A DNA stretch of 64,000 nucleotides from Chitinophagales bacterium (GCA_016786765.1 JAEUUZ010000051.1:163453-227452); one strand, 5' to 3'; shown: positions 10,034 to 20,813, counted from the first letter of the stretch. Notes: a model not told the origin generated them from the letters alone. Made by a program: numbers and translations.

Positions 10034-11110
10034 TTATAGGAATGGTGTTTTTACCACTTTCGCTTTCACCAATTGGTTGCGAATCTCAACGAATATTTCA
10101 CTATCAACACTTGAAAACTCGGGTTTCACATAGCCTAAACCAATAGCCTTATTCAGCGATGGCGATTGTGTTCCTGAAGTTACCTCTCCAATTGTATTCC
10201 CCTGTGCATCTTTTAGCTTGTAATGCTGGCGTGGGATTCCTCTGTCTACCATTTCAAATCCAACTAATTTGCGACTCACACCCGTATCTTTCAATTGTTT
10301 GTGATATGGTGCTTGCACAAAATTTTTCGTGAATTTGGTAATCCATCCTAAACCGGCTTCAATAGGTGAAGTGGTATCGTCAATATCATGTCCGTATAAA
10401 CAGAATGCCTTCTCCAAACGCAGTGTATCACGACAAGCAAGTCCAGTTGGCAATATCCCGTATGGTTTCCCCGCTTCAAAAATCGCGTCCCACATGGCTT
10501 TCACGTCTTTGTTCCAAACATAAATCTCAAAACCACCGGCTCCGGTATAGCCTGTATTCGACATAATCACATCGTCAATACCTGCCATTTTTCCTGTTGC
10601 AAAAGCATAGTAAGGAATATCCCCTAAATTCACATCCGTCAATGTTTGTAATACTTTCGTGGCATTCGGGCCTTGTACAGCTAACAAACTTAAATCATCA
10701 CTGATATTTTGCATTTCAACACCGAATGTGTTGTGCGATGCAATCCAATTCCAATCTTTTTCAATGTTAGAAGCATTAACCACTAAATAATATTCCGTGG
10801 CCGACCATCGGTACACTAATAAATCATCTACAATTCCGCCTTCGTTATTCGGCAAACATGAATACTGAATCTTTCCATCCGTTAGTTTTGAGGCATCATT
10901 TGAGGTTACCAACTGAATCAAATCCAAAGCTTTTTCACCACGTAATACAAACTCACCCATGTGCGACACATCAAACACGCCTACACTATTGCGCACTTGC
11001 AGGTGTTCGTTATTGATTCCAGAATACGAAATGGGCATATTATAGCCTGCAAATTCGGCCATTTTAGCCCCTAGTGATATGTGAACAGCGGTAAGTGCAG
11101 TTTCTTTCAT
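10034..11110 (-). CDS. gcvT: Glycine cleavage system aminomethyltransferase GcvT
   Basis: The protein is 358 aa. N-terminal [26 protein letters not shown] and the later [11 protein letters not shown] are typical T-protein segments. Confidence 0.9.
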   Translation of the reverse strand: MKETALTAVHISLGAKMAEFAGYNMPISYSGINNEHLQVRNSVGVFDVSHMGEFVLRGEKALDLIQLVTSNDASKLTDGKIQYSCLPNNEGGIVDDLLVYRWSATEYYLVVNASNIEKDWNWIASHNTFGVEMQNISDDLSLLAVQGPNATKVLQTLTDVNLGDIPYYAFATGKMAGIDDVIMSNTGYTGAGGFEIYVWNKDVKAMWDAIFEAGKPYGILPTGLACRDTLRLEKAFCLYGHDIDDTTSPIEAGLGWITKFTKNFVQAPYHKQLKDTGVSRKLVGFEMVDRGIPRQHYKLKDAQGNTIGEVTSGTQSPSLNKAIGLGYVKPEFSSVDSEIFVEIRNQLVKAKVVKTPFL

Positions 11111-11208
11111 GTGTTGACCCGTTTTAGTTTTTGGATGTGTAAAAGTAAAAAAAGACTAATCTTTTAGGAGAATATTCTCGATTTGCCTAAAAATTATACC
11201 TTCAATAT

Positions 11209-12150
11209 ATGAAGTTCAAAAGTCCGACCACAGCAAAACAAATTGCCTCCGACTACAATTGCGAGTTAATTGGCGATGAACATACACTGGTGCTTGGCTT
11301 AAATGAAATCCATAACGTGGAGGAAGGTGACATCACATTTGTGGATCACGAAAAGTATTACAAATCTACGCTACAATCAAATGCTTCCGTTATTCTGATT
11401 AACCAACGCATGTCCGCTCCGGAAGGCAAAACTTTATTGTATTGTGAACAGCCCTACGAAGTATACGACAATCTTGCAAAGCAACATCGACCAACATTAC
11501 TCTCTGCTGAACAAATCGCTTCTGATGCTTTAATTGGTGATGGAACTTTTATTGCCCCTTCAGCATTCATCGGTAAATCGGTAACTATAGGCAAAAACTG
11601 TGTAATACACCCCGCTGCTGTTATTTATCCTTATACTGAAATTGGCGACAACGTGATAATTCACGCCAATACTACCATTGGAGCCGATGCCTTTTATTAT
11701 AAACGAACAGTTGATGGTTACAAAAAAATGCACAACGCGGGTAATGTTGTTATCAAAAACAACGTTGAAATTGGAGCAGGATGCACTATCGATGCCGGTG
11801 TTTCGAGCGAAACAACCATTGGCGAGGGCACAAAAATTGACGACCAAGTACACATCGGTCATGATGTAAAAATTGGCGCTAACTGTATCATAGCCGGACA
11901 AGTAGGTATTGCCGGTAACACAGTTATAGGGAACTACGTTACCCTTTACGGGAAAGTGGCGGTGAATAAAAACATCACTATTAGCGATAATGTTGTGGTG
12001 TATGCGTGTGCAAGTGTTGCAAAATCACTGGAAGCCGGGAAGACATACCTCGGCACACCTGCTGAAGAAGCGCGTGTAGCCGCCAAACAATTTGCCTTAA
12101 TAAAAAAACTACCCGACATGTGGGAATTGTTCAAAAAGCTTAATCACTAA
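11209..12150 (+). CDS. lpxD: UDP-3-O-acylglucosamine N-acyltransferase (LpxD-type left-handed beta-helix acyltransferase)
   Basis: The N-terminal LpxD-like domain reads AKQIASDYNCELIGDEH...GDITFVDHEKY...ASVILIN. Hexapeptide repeats follow, including IGDNVIIHANTTIG and IGANCIIAGQVGIAG. Confidence 0.7.
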   Translation: MKFKSPTTAKQIASDYNCELIGDEHTLVLGLNEIHNVEEGDITFVDHEKYYKSTLQSNASVILINQRMSAPEGKTLLYCEQPYEVYDNLAKQHRPTLLSAEQIASDALIGDGTFIAPSAFIGKSVTIGKNCVIHPAAVIYPYTEIGDNVIIHANTTIGADAFYYKRTVDGYKKMHNAGNVVIKNNVEIGAGCTIDAGVSSETTIGEGTKIDDQVHIGHDVKIGANCIIAGQVGIAGNTVIGNYVTLYGKVAVNKNITISDNVVVYACASVAKSLEAGKTYLGTPAEEARVAAKQFALIKKLPDMWELFKKLNH

Positions 12151-12188
12151 ATTCATTTTACAAACTATACTCAACCACTTAATTTTTG

Positions 12189-14024
12189 ATGAAAAAATCA
12201 TTTTTATTATTCTTGTTTTTGCCCCTTTTCCTCTTTGCTCAAAAAGGCTATAAGTATTCGCTTTCGTTGAATAATATAAGTAACGACCAAATACACGTAA
12301 CGTTAATCCCTCCGCCTATTGAAGGGAAAGAAATAAAATTCAGTTTCCCCAAAATTGTACCCGGCACTTATTCCATCTCGGATTATGGCAGGTTTATTGA
12401 ACACTTCACGGCTTTCGATAGCAAAGGGCTTAAAATTGAAACCCCAACCAGTGGATTAAATGCTTGGATTATCGACAATACAAAAGGTATTAGCAGACTT
12501 GAATACGACATGAACGACACCTACGATTCAAAGCTAGACAACCCTATTTTCGAACCGGCCGGAAGTGACATTGAAAAGGACTCGATTTATATGCTTAACC
12601 TGCATTGTTTGTTAGGTTATTTCCAAAATCATATGGAGGAACCTATAGTGTTAACAATACAACACCCTTCAAAGTTTTATGGAAGCACTTCGCTTGTAGA
12701 CAATGATCCGAGCGCAACTACGGATGTTTTCATGATGGAGAACTATAATGAAGCGGTTGACAACCCCATTATGTATACTATTCCGGATACTGCCATAGTG
12801 AAGGTTGGCACATCGAATGTGTTGATTTCTGTTTTCTCCAAAAAAATCAGCCACCGTGCAAATTATATTGCAAAGCGCTTAGACAGTTTACTGCAAGCAC
12901 AAGGAAAATATTTGGGGGGTAAATTACCGGTAGAGAACTATTCCTTTTTGGTATACATGTCTGACCACGATGGACTTACAGGTGGCTTTGGCGCTCTGGA
13001 ACACCCCTATAGTTCCGTTTATTTTATGCCGGAAATGACAAACGAACAATTGGTTCCACAGTTATACGAAGTGGCTGCCCACGAATTTTTTCACATCGTT
13101 ACACCGCTTGCAATACATAGCGAAGAGATTCAATTTTTCGACTACGACCAACCAAAAATGTCGGAACACTTGTGGTTATATGAAGGCACAACGGAGTATC
13201 ATGCACAAAGCGTTCAAGTAAAGTATGGCTTTCTTAGTAAAGACGATTTCCTTGCTGTGATTCGCGACAAAATGAATCAAGCACAATTTGTGTTTAACGA
13301 TTCGTTACCATTTACGGAATTGAGTAAAAACTGTTTGGATAAATATGAAAAAGAATACCCCAATGTATATGCTAAAGGAGCATTGATTGCCATGTGCTTT
13401 GATTTGAAGTTGCTACACGATTCTAAAGGCACTTATGGTTTACTGAATCTAATTCAAGACTTATCGAAGAAATATGGAAAAAACAATGCATTTAAAGACG
13501 ATGAGCTTTTCGAAATGATAGTTTCATTAACCAATCCAAGCATCGAAGAATTCCTAAAGCAATATATTGCAGGTGCTGAAAAGCTACCATTTAAAGAATA
13601 TCTCAATTATGCCGGGGTGAACTACGAGAATGTTATTGTAGCAAAGCAATTCTCGATGGGTATGGTTGAAATTGGATATAATCAAGAGACCAAAAAACTT
13701 ATTGTTGCCGGCACTAAAAACATGAACGATTTTGGCAAAAAATTAGGTTACCAAGAAGGTGATGAATTTTTGAAAATCAACAAAACAAAAATAACCCCTG
13801 CTACGTTTAAAGCATTCCGCGAAAAGTGGTCGGCAACAGTAAAAGAAGGCGATATGCTTACCATCCAGGTATTGAGAAAAACGGAAAATGGCAAGAGCAA
13901 AAAAGTGAAGTTGAGTAGTCCGGTATTTAAATCGGAAAACAAACGTTACAATATTCTGAAATTTGCCGATAACGCAACAGACGAACAATTAAAGATTAGA
14001 AAGGCTTGGTTGGAGCCGAGGTAA
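12189..14024 (+). CDS. Secreted M61-family (glycyl aminopeptidase-like) zinc metallopeptidase with a C-terminal PDZ-like region
   Basis: It has a signal peptide (MKKSFLLFLFLPLFLFAQ), an HEFFH zinc motif followed by EGTTEYH, and a C-terminal ~90 aa that resembles PDZ (GDEFLKINKTKI). The family assignment is from memory of M61 motifs. Confidence 0.6.
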   Translation: MKKSFLLFLFLPLFLFAQKGYKYSLSLNNISNDQIHVTLIPPPIEGKEIKFSFPKIVPGTYSISDYGRFIEHFTAFDSKGLKIETPTSGLNAWIIDNTKGISRLEYDMNDTYDSKLDNPIFEPAGSDIEKDSIYMLNLHCLLGYFQNHMEEPIVLTIQHPSKFYGSTSLVDNDPSATTDVFMMENYNEAVDNPIMYTIPDTAIVKVGTSNVLISVFSKKISHRANYIAKRLDSLLQAQGKYLGGKLPVENYSFLVYMSDHDGLTGGFGALEHPYSSVYFMPEMTNEQLVPQLYEVAAHEFFHIVTPLAIHSEEIQFFDYDQPKMSEHLWLYEGTTEYHAQSVQVKYGFLSKDDFLAVIRDKMNQAQFVFNDSLPFTELSKNCLDKYEKEYPNVYAKGALIAMCFDLKLLHDSKGTYGLLNLIQDLSKKYGKNNAFKDDELFEMIVSLTNPSIEEFLKQYIAGAEKLPFKEYLNYAGVNYENVIVAKQFSMGMVEIGYNQETKKLIVAGTKNMNDFGKKLGYQEGDEFLKINKTKITPATFKAFREKWSATVKEGDMLTIQVLRKTENGKSKKVKLSSPVFKSENKRYNILKFADNATDEQLKIRKAWLEPR

Positions 14025-14033
14025 ACAATGCCT

Positions 14034-15734
14034 CTACGCTTCACTTACCCGAATATCCTTTACCATCAACTGAAAGCTTTTATTGCCTTGCCATTCGTTT
14101 TCCTCGATTTGAAAGACTACATCTATTTCGTTTTCTTTCAGCAGTTCCATTTTGTGCGCCATATCAAAACCAATACCTGACAGTGTTACACCATTTTGCT
14201 TTAAGCTGAATTTGATGTGCCTGTCTTTAAGTAATTTGCTCCAACCTGTTTCTTTCACATGCTTGGCAACAAAAACCGGTTTCATATTATCCGGTCCGAA
14301 AGGCGCAAATTCATTGATGAGTTTATAGAATAATGGCGTGATATCCGAGAAATTTATTTCCGCATCAATCTCTATTTCGGGAATCAATTGCTCGGGTGTG
14401 ATAGAGGCTGAAACTACACGCTCGAAATGGTTTCGGAAGTCGTTTACTTTTTCGGGTAACATCGTTAAGCCTGCAGCAAATTTATGTCCTCCAAATTGAA
14501 TCAATTGTTCTCGGCAAGCATACAAAGCTTCATACAAGTCAAACCCTTTCACCGAACGTGCCGATCCCGTTACTTTTCCTTCGTGCTCCGTAAGCACAAC
14601 TGTTGGACGATAAAAATGCTCCGTTAAACGTGAAGCAACAATACCTATCACTCCTTTATGCCAACCGGTATTGAACACCACTGTGGATTTCAGCGATTCA
14701 TTATCGGCATTTGCATTCAGTATTTCTAGAGCATGTGCTGTAATATCTCGATCAGCTTCTTGTCGGTCTTTGTTCAAATTTTGCAATTCCCCTGCCTGAT
14801 CGGCATGATGTGGTGATTCATCGGCTATCATCAATCGAACCGCTTGTTTGGCATCATCCATTCGCCCGGCAGCATTGATTCTTGGCCCAATATAAAACAC
14901 TACGTCCGACACATCTAACTTCCGTTCCAAACCGGTGAGTCGAATCAAATGTTTCAATCCATGCGATGGATTCTTATTTAGCTTTTCTATTCCGAAATAA
15001 GTAAGCACGCGATTTTCTCCGGATAAAGAAACAATATCAGAAGCCGTACTTACCGCTACCAAATCAATTACATCCAAGTACTTTTCTTCAGGTAAGTTGT
15101 AATGCAACGCCAGTGCTTGAATTAGCTTGAAACCTACCCCACAACCGCTTAATTCTTTGAACGGATAGGCACAATCGCTCCGCTTAGGATCCAGCACTGC
15201 TGATGCTTTGGGCAACTCTTCTCCTGGTAAGTGATGGTCGCAAATAATAAAATCAATTTTCTTTGCCAATGCATAATCAACTTTATCAATCGATTTAATA
15301 CCACAGTCTAATGCAATAATGAGTGAACACCCATTGGCTTCGGCATAGTCAATACCCTGTGTTGAAATACCATAACCTTCTTTATATCGATTCGGAATGT
15401 AAAAATCAATATTCGGATAAAAGTCTTGAAAGAAAAGCACCATCAGCGATACAGAGGTAGTACCGTCTACATCATAATCTCCGTATATTAAAATGCGTTC
15501 GTTTGCAGTTACGGCTTTATGAATCCGATCTACAGCCTTATCCATATCCTTCATTAAGAAAGGATCGTGTAAATGATTCAATTCCGGCCGAAAGAATGCT
15601 CTTGCCTGCTCAAAAGTTTCAACACCTCGCATTACCAACATGCGGCAAAATGCAGGATGAATTTTAAGTGCCTCTTGCAACAATGCTGCTTTTGCAGCAT
15701 CTGCGTGTTTAATGGTCCAACGTTTTTGTAGCAT
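14034..15734 (-). CDS. recJ: Single-stranded-DNA-specific exonuclease RecJ
   Basis: DHH-family motifs are present: GDYDVDGTTS, LDCG and ICDHHLP. A DHHA1 motif GGHKFAAG is also present. I prefer the ATG at 15734 (MLQKRWTIKH) over the track start at 15818. Confidence 0.9.
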   Translation of the reverse strand: MLQKRWTIKHADAAKAALLQEALKIHPAFCRMLVMRGVETFEQARAFFRPELNHLHDPFLMKDMDKAVDRIHKAVTANERILIYGDYDVDGTTSVSLMVLFFQDFYPNIDFYIPNRYKEGYGISTQGIDYAEANGCSLIIALDCGIKSIDKVDYALAKKIDFIICDHHLPGEELPKASAVLDPKRSDCAYPFKELSGCGVGFKLIQALALHYNLPEEKYLDVIDLVAVSTASDIVSLSGENRVLTYFGIEKLNKNPSHGLKHLIRLTGLERKLDVSDVVFYIGPRINAAGRMDDAKQAVRLMIADESPHHADQAGELQNLNKDRQEADRDITAHALEILNANADNESLKSTVVFNTGWHKGVIGIVASRLTEHFYRPTVVLTEHEGKVTGSARSVKGFDLYEALYACREQLIQFGGHKFAAGLTMLPEKVNDFRNHFERVVSASITPEQLIPEIEIDAEINFSDITPLFYKLINEFAPFGPDNMKPVFVAKHVKETGWSKLLKDRHIKFSLKQNGVTLSGIGFDMAHKMELLKENEIDVVFQIEENEWQGNKSFQLMVKDIRVSEA

Positions 15735-15944
15735 AGATTTTTGGGGTTTTCGAAGGTAGGAAGTTTGTAAGACAAAAGAAATAGCTTCCCGAAAAGAAAT
15801 AATTGCAATTACTTCCATTTGCCAATTTTTTATAAAAAAGGAATTATTGATTTATAATCGCTTGCATTTCGCAGAAAACAAATCCGTTTTCGAAATGGTT
15901 TAACGTAAACTTGTGTCAACCTATAATTGCTATAAACACATCCT

Positions 15945-17387
15945 ATGAACAACCAAAATTTGTGCATTGACCTGCACTGTCATCCGAATCTAAAATCCTT
16001 TAATTCCGGATTTCCCAAACCAAAACACACGATGTGGGAGAAAATATTTCATGCGTCTGACAGCCGATTTGCAGAACGCGTAAAGACGATTTCTCAACAT
16101 ATTTTGAAAGAATCGCAATGCAATTTAGATTCATTAGACGAGGGGAATGTACGTGTTTTTAACGTTTCACTTTACCCCATTGAACGTAGTTTTCTACACA
16201 TGCGCAATCTTCCGAAATGGCTGATTGGGAAAAATAAAATCAATATCGTACAGCAAGTAGTAACGGGCTTTAGCTTGGAAAGTATTGTGCACCTAAAAAC
16301 GCACTACGATTATTTCTCCGATCTACAAAAGGAATACAAGTTTGTAGAAGATGCCATCGGAAAAAACTCCGACAAAAAAAAGGAATTCGTGTTAGTCAAT
16401 AATTTTTCGGAGTTAGAAGATGCCTTAAAGAAAGCAAATACACTCATAGGTATCATGAGCATAGAAGGGGCGCATGCCTTAGGTACAGGAACCCCACTAT
16501 CGGAAAAGATGAGCGCAGAGGCTTTAGAAAAAATGCTAACAAGCAACATTCAAAAAATAAAAAAATGGAAGTATCCTCCGTTTACCATCAACTTAGCACA
16601 CCATTTTTGGAATCAATTGGCCGGACACGCAACTAGCTTCAAACCGCCAATTAATGGGCTTGTTAACCAAAACAAAGGAAAAGACAAAGGCATCACACCG
16701 CTGGGTTGGCATGTGATTCGCCAATTACTCAGCAAAGAAAACGGCAAACGAATTTTAATTGACACTAAACACATGAGTGTAGCATCGCGCATTGAGTATT
16801 ATCAATTTATTCGTAATTACAATTTTGTAAACCCACACGATAAGATTCCGATCGTTAGTAGCCATGCAGGTATGAATGGATACAGTACAATGGAAAGTTC
16901 TATCCGTGAAAAAGATGTACTTCGTAAAGCACGCAGAAGTCGCTTGTACAAATGGAGCATAAATATATCGAACGAAGAAATTGCAATCATCCACGAGGCA
17001 GAAGGCATTATCGGATTAATGATGGATCGAGGCAATTTGGGTGGTGTGAAAACCATTAAACAAATCAGTTCCATTGCTGAACAGAAGAAACAACGCATGG
17101 AATATTGTAAACTGTTTTGGGAAAATGCTTTTCAAATCGTAAAGGCTGTAAACGAAAAATCGGGATGGAACGTACCTGCCTTTGGTAGCGACTTTGACGG
17201 TACTATTACCCACATGGACACCTATGAATCTTCAGCAAAAATGCCACTTTTTCAACAAGATTTGGTTGACTATCTTCAAACTACTCAATTCAAAAAAGAA
17301 TTGTGGTATGGCTATTCACCTGAAGTTTTAGTACAGAAAATTATGCATGACAATGCAATGCAGTTTTACAAGAAATTTTTCGTATAA
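15945..17387 (+). CDS. Divergent membrane-dipeptidase (M19)-like / amidohydrolase-fold protein
   Basis: The ordered motifs IDLHCHPN, SIEGAHAL, NLAHHFWN, IDTKHMS, VSSHAGM and FGSDFDGT parallel the metal-ligand strands of renal-dipeptidase-type TIM barrels. At 480 aa it is longer than typical M19 enzymes. Confidence 0.45.
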   Translation: MNNQNLCIDLHCHPNLKSFNSGFPKPKHTMWEKIFHASDSRFAERVKTISQHILKESQCNLDSLDEGNVRVFNVSLYPIERSFLHMRNLPKWLIGKNKINIVQQVVTGFSLESIVHLKTHYDYFSDLQKEYKFVEDAIGKNSDKKKEFVLVNNFSELEDALKKANTLIGIMSIEGAHALGTGTPLSEKMSAEALEKMLTSNIQKIKKWKYPPFTINLAHHFWNQLAGHATSFKPPINGLVNQNKGKDKGITPLGWHVIRQLLSKENGKRILIDTKHMSVASRIEYYQFIRNYNFVNPHDKIPIVSSHAGMNGYSTMESSIREKDVLRKARRSRLYKWSINISNEEIAIIHEAEGIIGLMMDRGNLGGVKTIKQISSIAEQKKQRMEYCKLFWENAFQIVKAVNEKSGWNVPAFGSDFDGTITHMDTYESSAKMPLFQQDLVDYLQTTQFKKELWYGYSPEVLVQKIMHDNAMQFYKKFFV

Positions 17388-17389
17388 GA

Positions 17390-19489
17390 TTATCTCATTA
17401 CCGATACAATAGCACGAAACTGCTTCCTATTCTCGCTTTCAAGGGTTAGGGTATATAAACCACTTTCTAACATGGAAACATCTATCGCCTGCTGAATGGC
17501 TTGCATCTTGTTTTGTAACACTGTTTTCCCTTGCATATCCACAATGCGATAAAAACTAGATTCATTTGTAGATTCTGGTATTAACACATAAAATACCGAT
17601 GATGTAGGATTTGGATAAACGTATGCGTGAAGTGCAGTCAATTGATCAACTGCATTATCGATTCCTACAGTAACTATGGTATCCACAACACAACCATACT
17701 CATTTTTGACATGAACAATATGACTACCGGCAACTGTAGTCGCAAAAACATAACCGGCCTGGTAAGCCCCTGTGTCTAGGGCGTAGGAGAGTTTGTCGTT
17801 TCCGGCATTAGCAACAACAGTAATATTCCCCGGATTCCCATTTGTAATTGGCACAACATTCACGCCACTAATTTTGATAGGTTGAGGTTCATCAAAAAAG
17901 AAACTTTGCTCAACAGAACAGTTGGTAGCATCCGTAATAGTTACAGAGTAAATGCCCGAAGTTAAACTCGTTTTGGAAGATGCAGTTCCGCCATTCGACC
18001 ATAAATACGTTAGATTATCGCTTGAATTAATTTGTACTGTTCCGCTGGCTGAGTTCGCGCAATTAATTTGATTGCGAGACACGTTGTACGAAAACGAACA
18101 AGTGTCGCAATTATAGGCCCTTACATTCAAAAAGGCTTTGTATAAATTTAATCGGCCATTCGATGACACATAGTGATTCATACTGTTAATGCGATCGGTG
18201 CCATTCAATAAATACTGTTTAAATACCAGCGCAAACGAATCCGGATACGAAAGATAATTATCAAATAATCGTTTACAAGCAACCGTATACAATGCGCCAA
18301 TAGCACCACATACGTGAGGGGTAGCCATTGACGTTCCGGTAAGTAAACCGTATGTATTGCTTTGCTTTGTAGAATAAATAGAAGTGCCCGGTGCGCCTAA
18401 ATCTATACCCACAACACCATATGCGGCCTGACCGTGTCTTAAATCTAAACGGTTCGTATTCGTTACAGCCAATACAAATTTACTTGGACATTCGGATGGC
18501 ACATCATGCACCACATCTATGTCTACATTGGCATTGGGGCCGGCAACAGCGCTTAATATACCAACCTTACCCATCGAATCGTACATGGCACACCAAATAG
18601 GCGAATTGATCGGATTTGCGCCATACTGTCCAATACCGAATGATGAATTGGAAGCCACCACGAATGCGCCTTTTGAACCATTGGTAGCATCATATAACTT
18701 GCGCATGGTAATAGCGTAATCATAGGCCTTTACTACAACGGATTCGATATCGGTTGAACCGTAGATAGGCAACACCTTTACTCCATAGCCAACTCCGGCT
18801 ATCCCATTGTTATTATTCGTTCGTGCAGCAGCTATACCTGATACATGAATACCATGATCATAAGATAAATCGTTATAGGCAGGCTGATTATTGATGGGTG
18901 ACCAACCACGATAATCATCAATATACCCATTGCCATCATCGTCAATACCGTTACTATCTATTTCATTGTAATTAATAAAGTAATTAATATCGCTATGAAA
19001 TAAATCCATTGGATCTTCAACGATTGCTAAAACAATGGAATCGCCATACGGAGAAACCACATCATGCTTTAACCCCCATGCCTCTAATGCCTTAATATCT
19101 GCTCCTAATGTAGAACCCGCACCTCCTGTATTTTGCAAATTCCACTGCAATGTCGATAAATCGTCAGGCGTAAAATTTCGTCTTTCCACTTTATGATTAT
19201 ATTGAACCCGAGCAACAGCAGGCAATTGTGCCAAACGATTTTTTTCGTCTTCCGTAAAATTTCGTTTAGGATTTTCTAAAAGCACAATGCGCATGGTGCG
19301 CGAAAGCCATTCCTTAACATACGCATCTTCCGGCAAATGATTCAACAACATTTCTGCATCGCCTTTCAACTGAACCATCAAATGATGCCGAATAGCATAC
19401 TCATCTTCTGTAGTCTGTGCTTGAATAAAAAAAGGCAAGAACAGCAAAATAAGTTGACTCAAAAAAGTATATCGTTTAAGCATTCGCAT
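17390..19489 (-). CDS. Secreted subtilisin-like serine protease (S8) with a SprB-like repeat and a T9SS type-A C-terminal sorting domain
   Basis: It has a signal peptide (MRMLKRYTFLSQLILLFLPFFIQAQ) and the S8 motifs HGIHVSGIAAA and GTSMATPHVCGAIGAL. One SprB-like module is present (LTYLWSNGGTASSKTSLTSGIYSVTITDATNC). The C-terminus VYPNPTSSVFYV...GLYTLTLESENRKQFRAIVSVMR is typical of a type-A CTD. Confidence 0.85.
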   Translation of the reverse strand: MRMLKRYTFLSQLILLFLPFFIQAQTTEDEYAIRHHLMVQLKGDAEMLLNHLPEDAYVKEWLSRTMRIVLLENPKRNFTEDEKNRLAQLPAVARVQYNHKVERRNFTPDDLSTLQWNLQNTGGAGSTLGADIKALEAWGLKHDVVSPYGDSIVLAIVEDPMDLFHSDINYFINYNEIDSNGIDDDGNGYIDDYRGWSPINNQPAYNDLSYDHGIHVSGIAAARTNNNNGIAGVGYGVKVLPIYGSTDIESVVVKAYDYAITMRKLYDATNGSKGAFVVASNSSFGIGQYGANPINSPIWCAMYDSMGKVGILSAVAGPNANVDIDVVHDVPSECPSKFVLAVTNTNRLDLRHGQAAYGVVGIDLGAPGTSIYSTKQSNTYGLLTGTSMATPHVCGAIGALYTVACKRLFDNYLSYPDSFALVFKQYLLNGTDRINSMNHYVSSNGRLNLYKAFLNVRAYNCDTCSFSYNVSRNQINCANSASGTVQINSSDNLTYLWSNGGTASSKTSLTSGIYSVTITDATNCSVEQSFFFDEPQPIKISGVNVVPITNGNPGNITVVANAGNDKLSYALDTGAYQAGYVFATTVAGSHIVHVKNEYGCVVDTIVTVGIDNAVDQLTALHAYVYPNPTSSVFYVLIPESTNESSFYRIVDMQGKTVLQNKMQAIQQAIDVSMLESGLYTLTLESENRKQFRAIVSVMR

Positions 19490-20813
19490 CTATCCATTTT
19501 TTTGCAATATTCAATACCTCATCACTTTCCCAAGTATCGGCTATAGTATTCAGACGCATAATTTCGTCTAACAGTTGGCTTTGTTGTTTACTTTTTTCCA
19601 AAGCTACAGCATAAGGCTTATCACTAAATGTAACCATACTGTATGAGGTTTGGAATTGTTGAGGGAATGCAGCAGCAATTCGCTTCTCAATTTTCAAGCG
19701 CAGTTGAAATTCCGGACGGGCCGCTAAATCGCGCATTTCTATATAATTATTCAACGCTAATGTGGCAATGGCATCCGAATTCGGTTTACGCGATTTTCCA
19801 AATGCGGAAAACAAGTCGGTCAAATCGGCATGTACATCCATCAATTCGTCCAGCACTTGTACATCTTCAAAACCACAATTCATACCTTGTCCAAAGAAAG
19901 GAACAATTCCGTGTGCAGCATCACCAATTAAACAAACATTCTTGTAATTCCATGGATAACTGCGTATAGTAACCAATGTTGATGTTGGATTTTTTCTGAA
20001 ATCCTCTACCAGTGTTGGAATCAACTCCGATGCCGATGCAAAGTGTTGCCGGAAATAAGCACGAATCTCTTCATCTGTTTTTATGGAAGCAAAACTGTTT
20101 TCCCCTTCCAAGGGGGCGAATAATGTACAAGTGAAACTGCCATCCATATTCGGAAGGGCAATCATCATAAAGCTTGTACGTGGCCAAATATGCAATGCAT
20201 TTTTTTCTAACTGCCACAATCCATCTTTATCAGGAATGTGTAACTCCTTGTAGCCATAAGCTTCATAGGTCTGCGAAAAATTAAAATTAGGAGTGCGTTG
20301 CATCGCATAGCGCACTTCACTAAATGCACCATCGGCACCAAAAACGGTTTCTGCTTCCTGTACTGTTTCGGTATTCGTTTTTGTATCGCGGAAAGTGAGC
20401 GTGGTTTTATCAAAATTCACATCTACACACCGCTGATTAAATTTGAAATCCACATGCGGAAATGCATCGGCTGCTTCAATCATCAACTTGTTCAAATCGC
20501 CACGCGAAACGCTGTAAATAGCTTGTCCGTCATTACCATATTGCTGATAGGTGGTTGAATTATCCAAGTGGTGAATCATACGTCCATTCATAGGAATGGC
20601 AATAGGGCGTACCTTCTCCGCCAACCCAATTTTTTCCAATGATCGCCAGCCTCTGTCACTTAAGGCTAAATTGATAGAACGACCACGCTCAGCTTCGCCC
20701 ACTCTTGGATCGGCTCTACGTTCGAAAACCGTAACTTGATGTCCGCGTTTCGATAAATAACACGACAAAATTGAACCCACCAAACCTCCGCCTACAATCG
20801 TAACATTTTTCAT
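19476..20813 (-). CDS. kmo: Kynurenine 3-monooxygenase (FAD-dependent)
   Basis: It has the FAD-binding N-terminus KNVTIVGGGLVGSILSCYLSKRGHQVTVFERR, and GDAAHGIVPFFGQGMNCGFED is characteristic of KMO. Its 3' end overlaps the S8 protease start by 8-14 nt. Confidence 0.8.
   Translation of the reverse strand: MKNVTIVGGGLVGSILSCYLSKRGHQVTVFERRADPRVGEAERGRSINLALSDRGWRSLEKIGLAEKVRPIAIPMNGRMIHHLDNSTTYQQYGNDGQAIYSVSRGDLNKLMIEAADAFPHVDFKFNQRCVDVNFDKTTLTFRDTKTNTETVQEAETVFGADGAFSEVRYAMQRTPNFNFSQTYEAYGYKELHIPDKDGLWQLEKNALHIWPRTSFMMIALPNMDGSFTCTLFAPLEGENSFASIKTDEEIRAYFRQHFASASELIPTLVEDFRKNPTSTLVTIRSYPWNYKNVCLIGDAAHGIVPFFGQGMNCGFEDVQVLDELMDVHADLTDLFSAFGKSRKPNSDAIATLALNNYIEMRDLAARPEFQLRLKIEKRIAAAFPQQFQTSYSMVTFSDKPYAVALEKSKQQSQLLDEIMRLNTIADTWESDEVLNIAKKWIDANA

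Noticed and set aside
11111-11208. A possible glycine riboswitch upstream of gcvT
   Set aside because: Only 98 nt are shared with the divergent lpxD start. I could not find the conserved GGAGAG...CACCG / CTCAGGC-type core elements on the gcvT strand.
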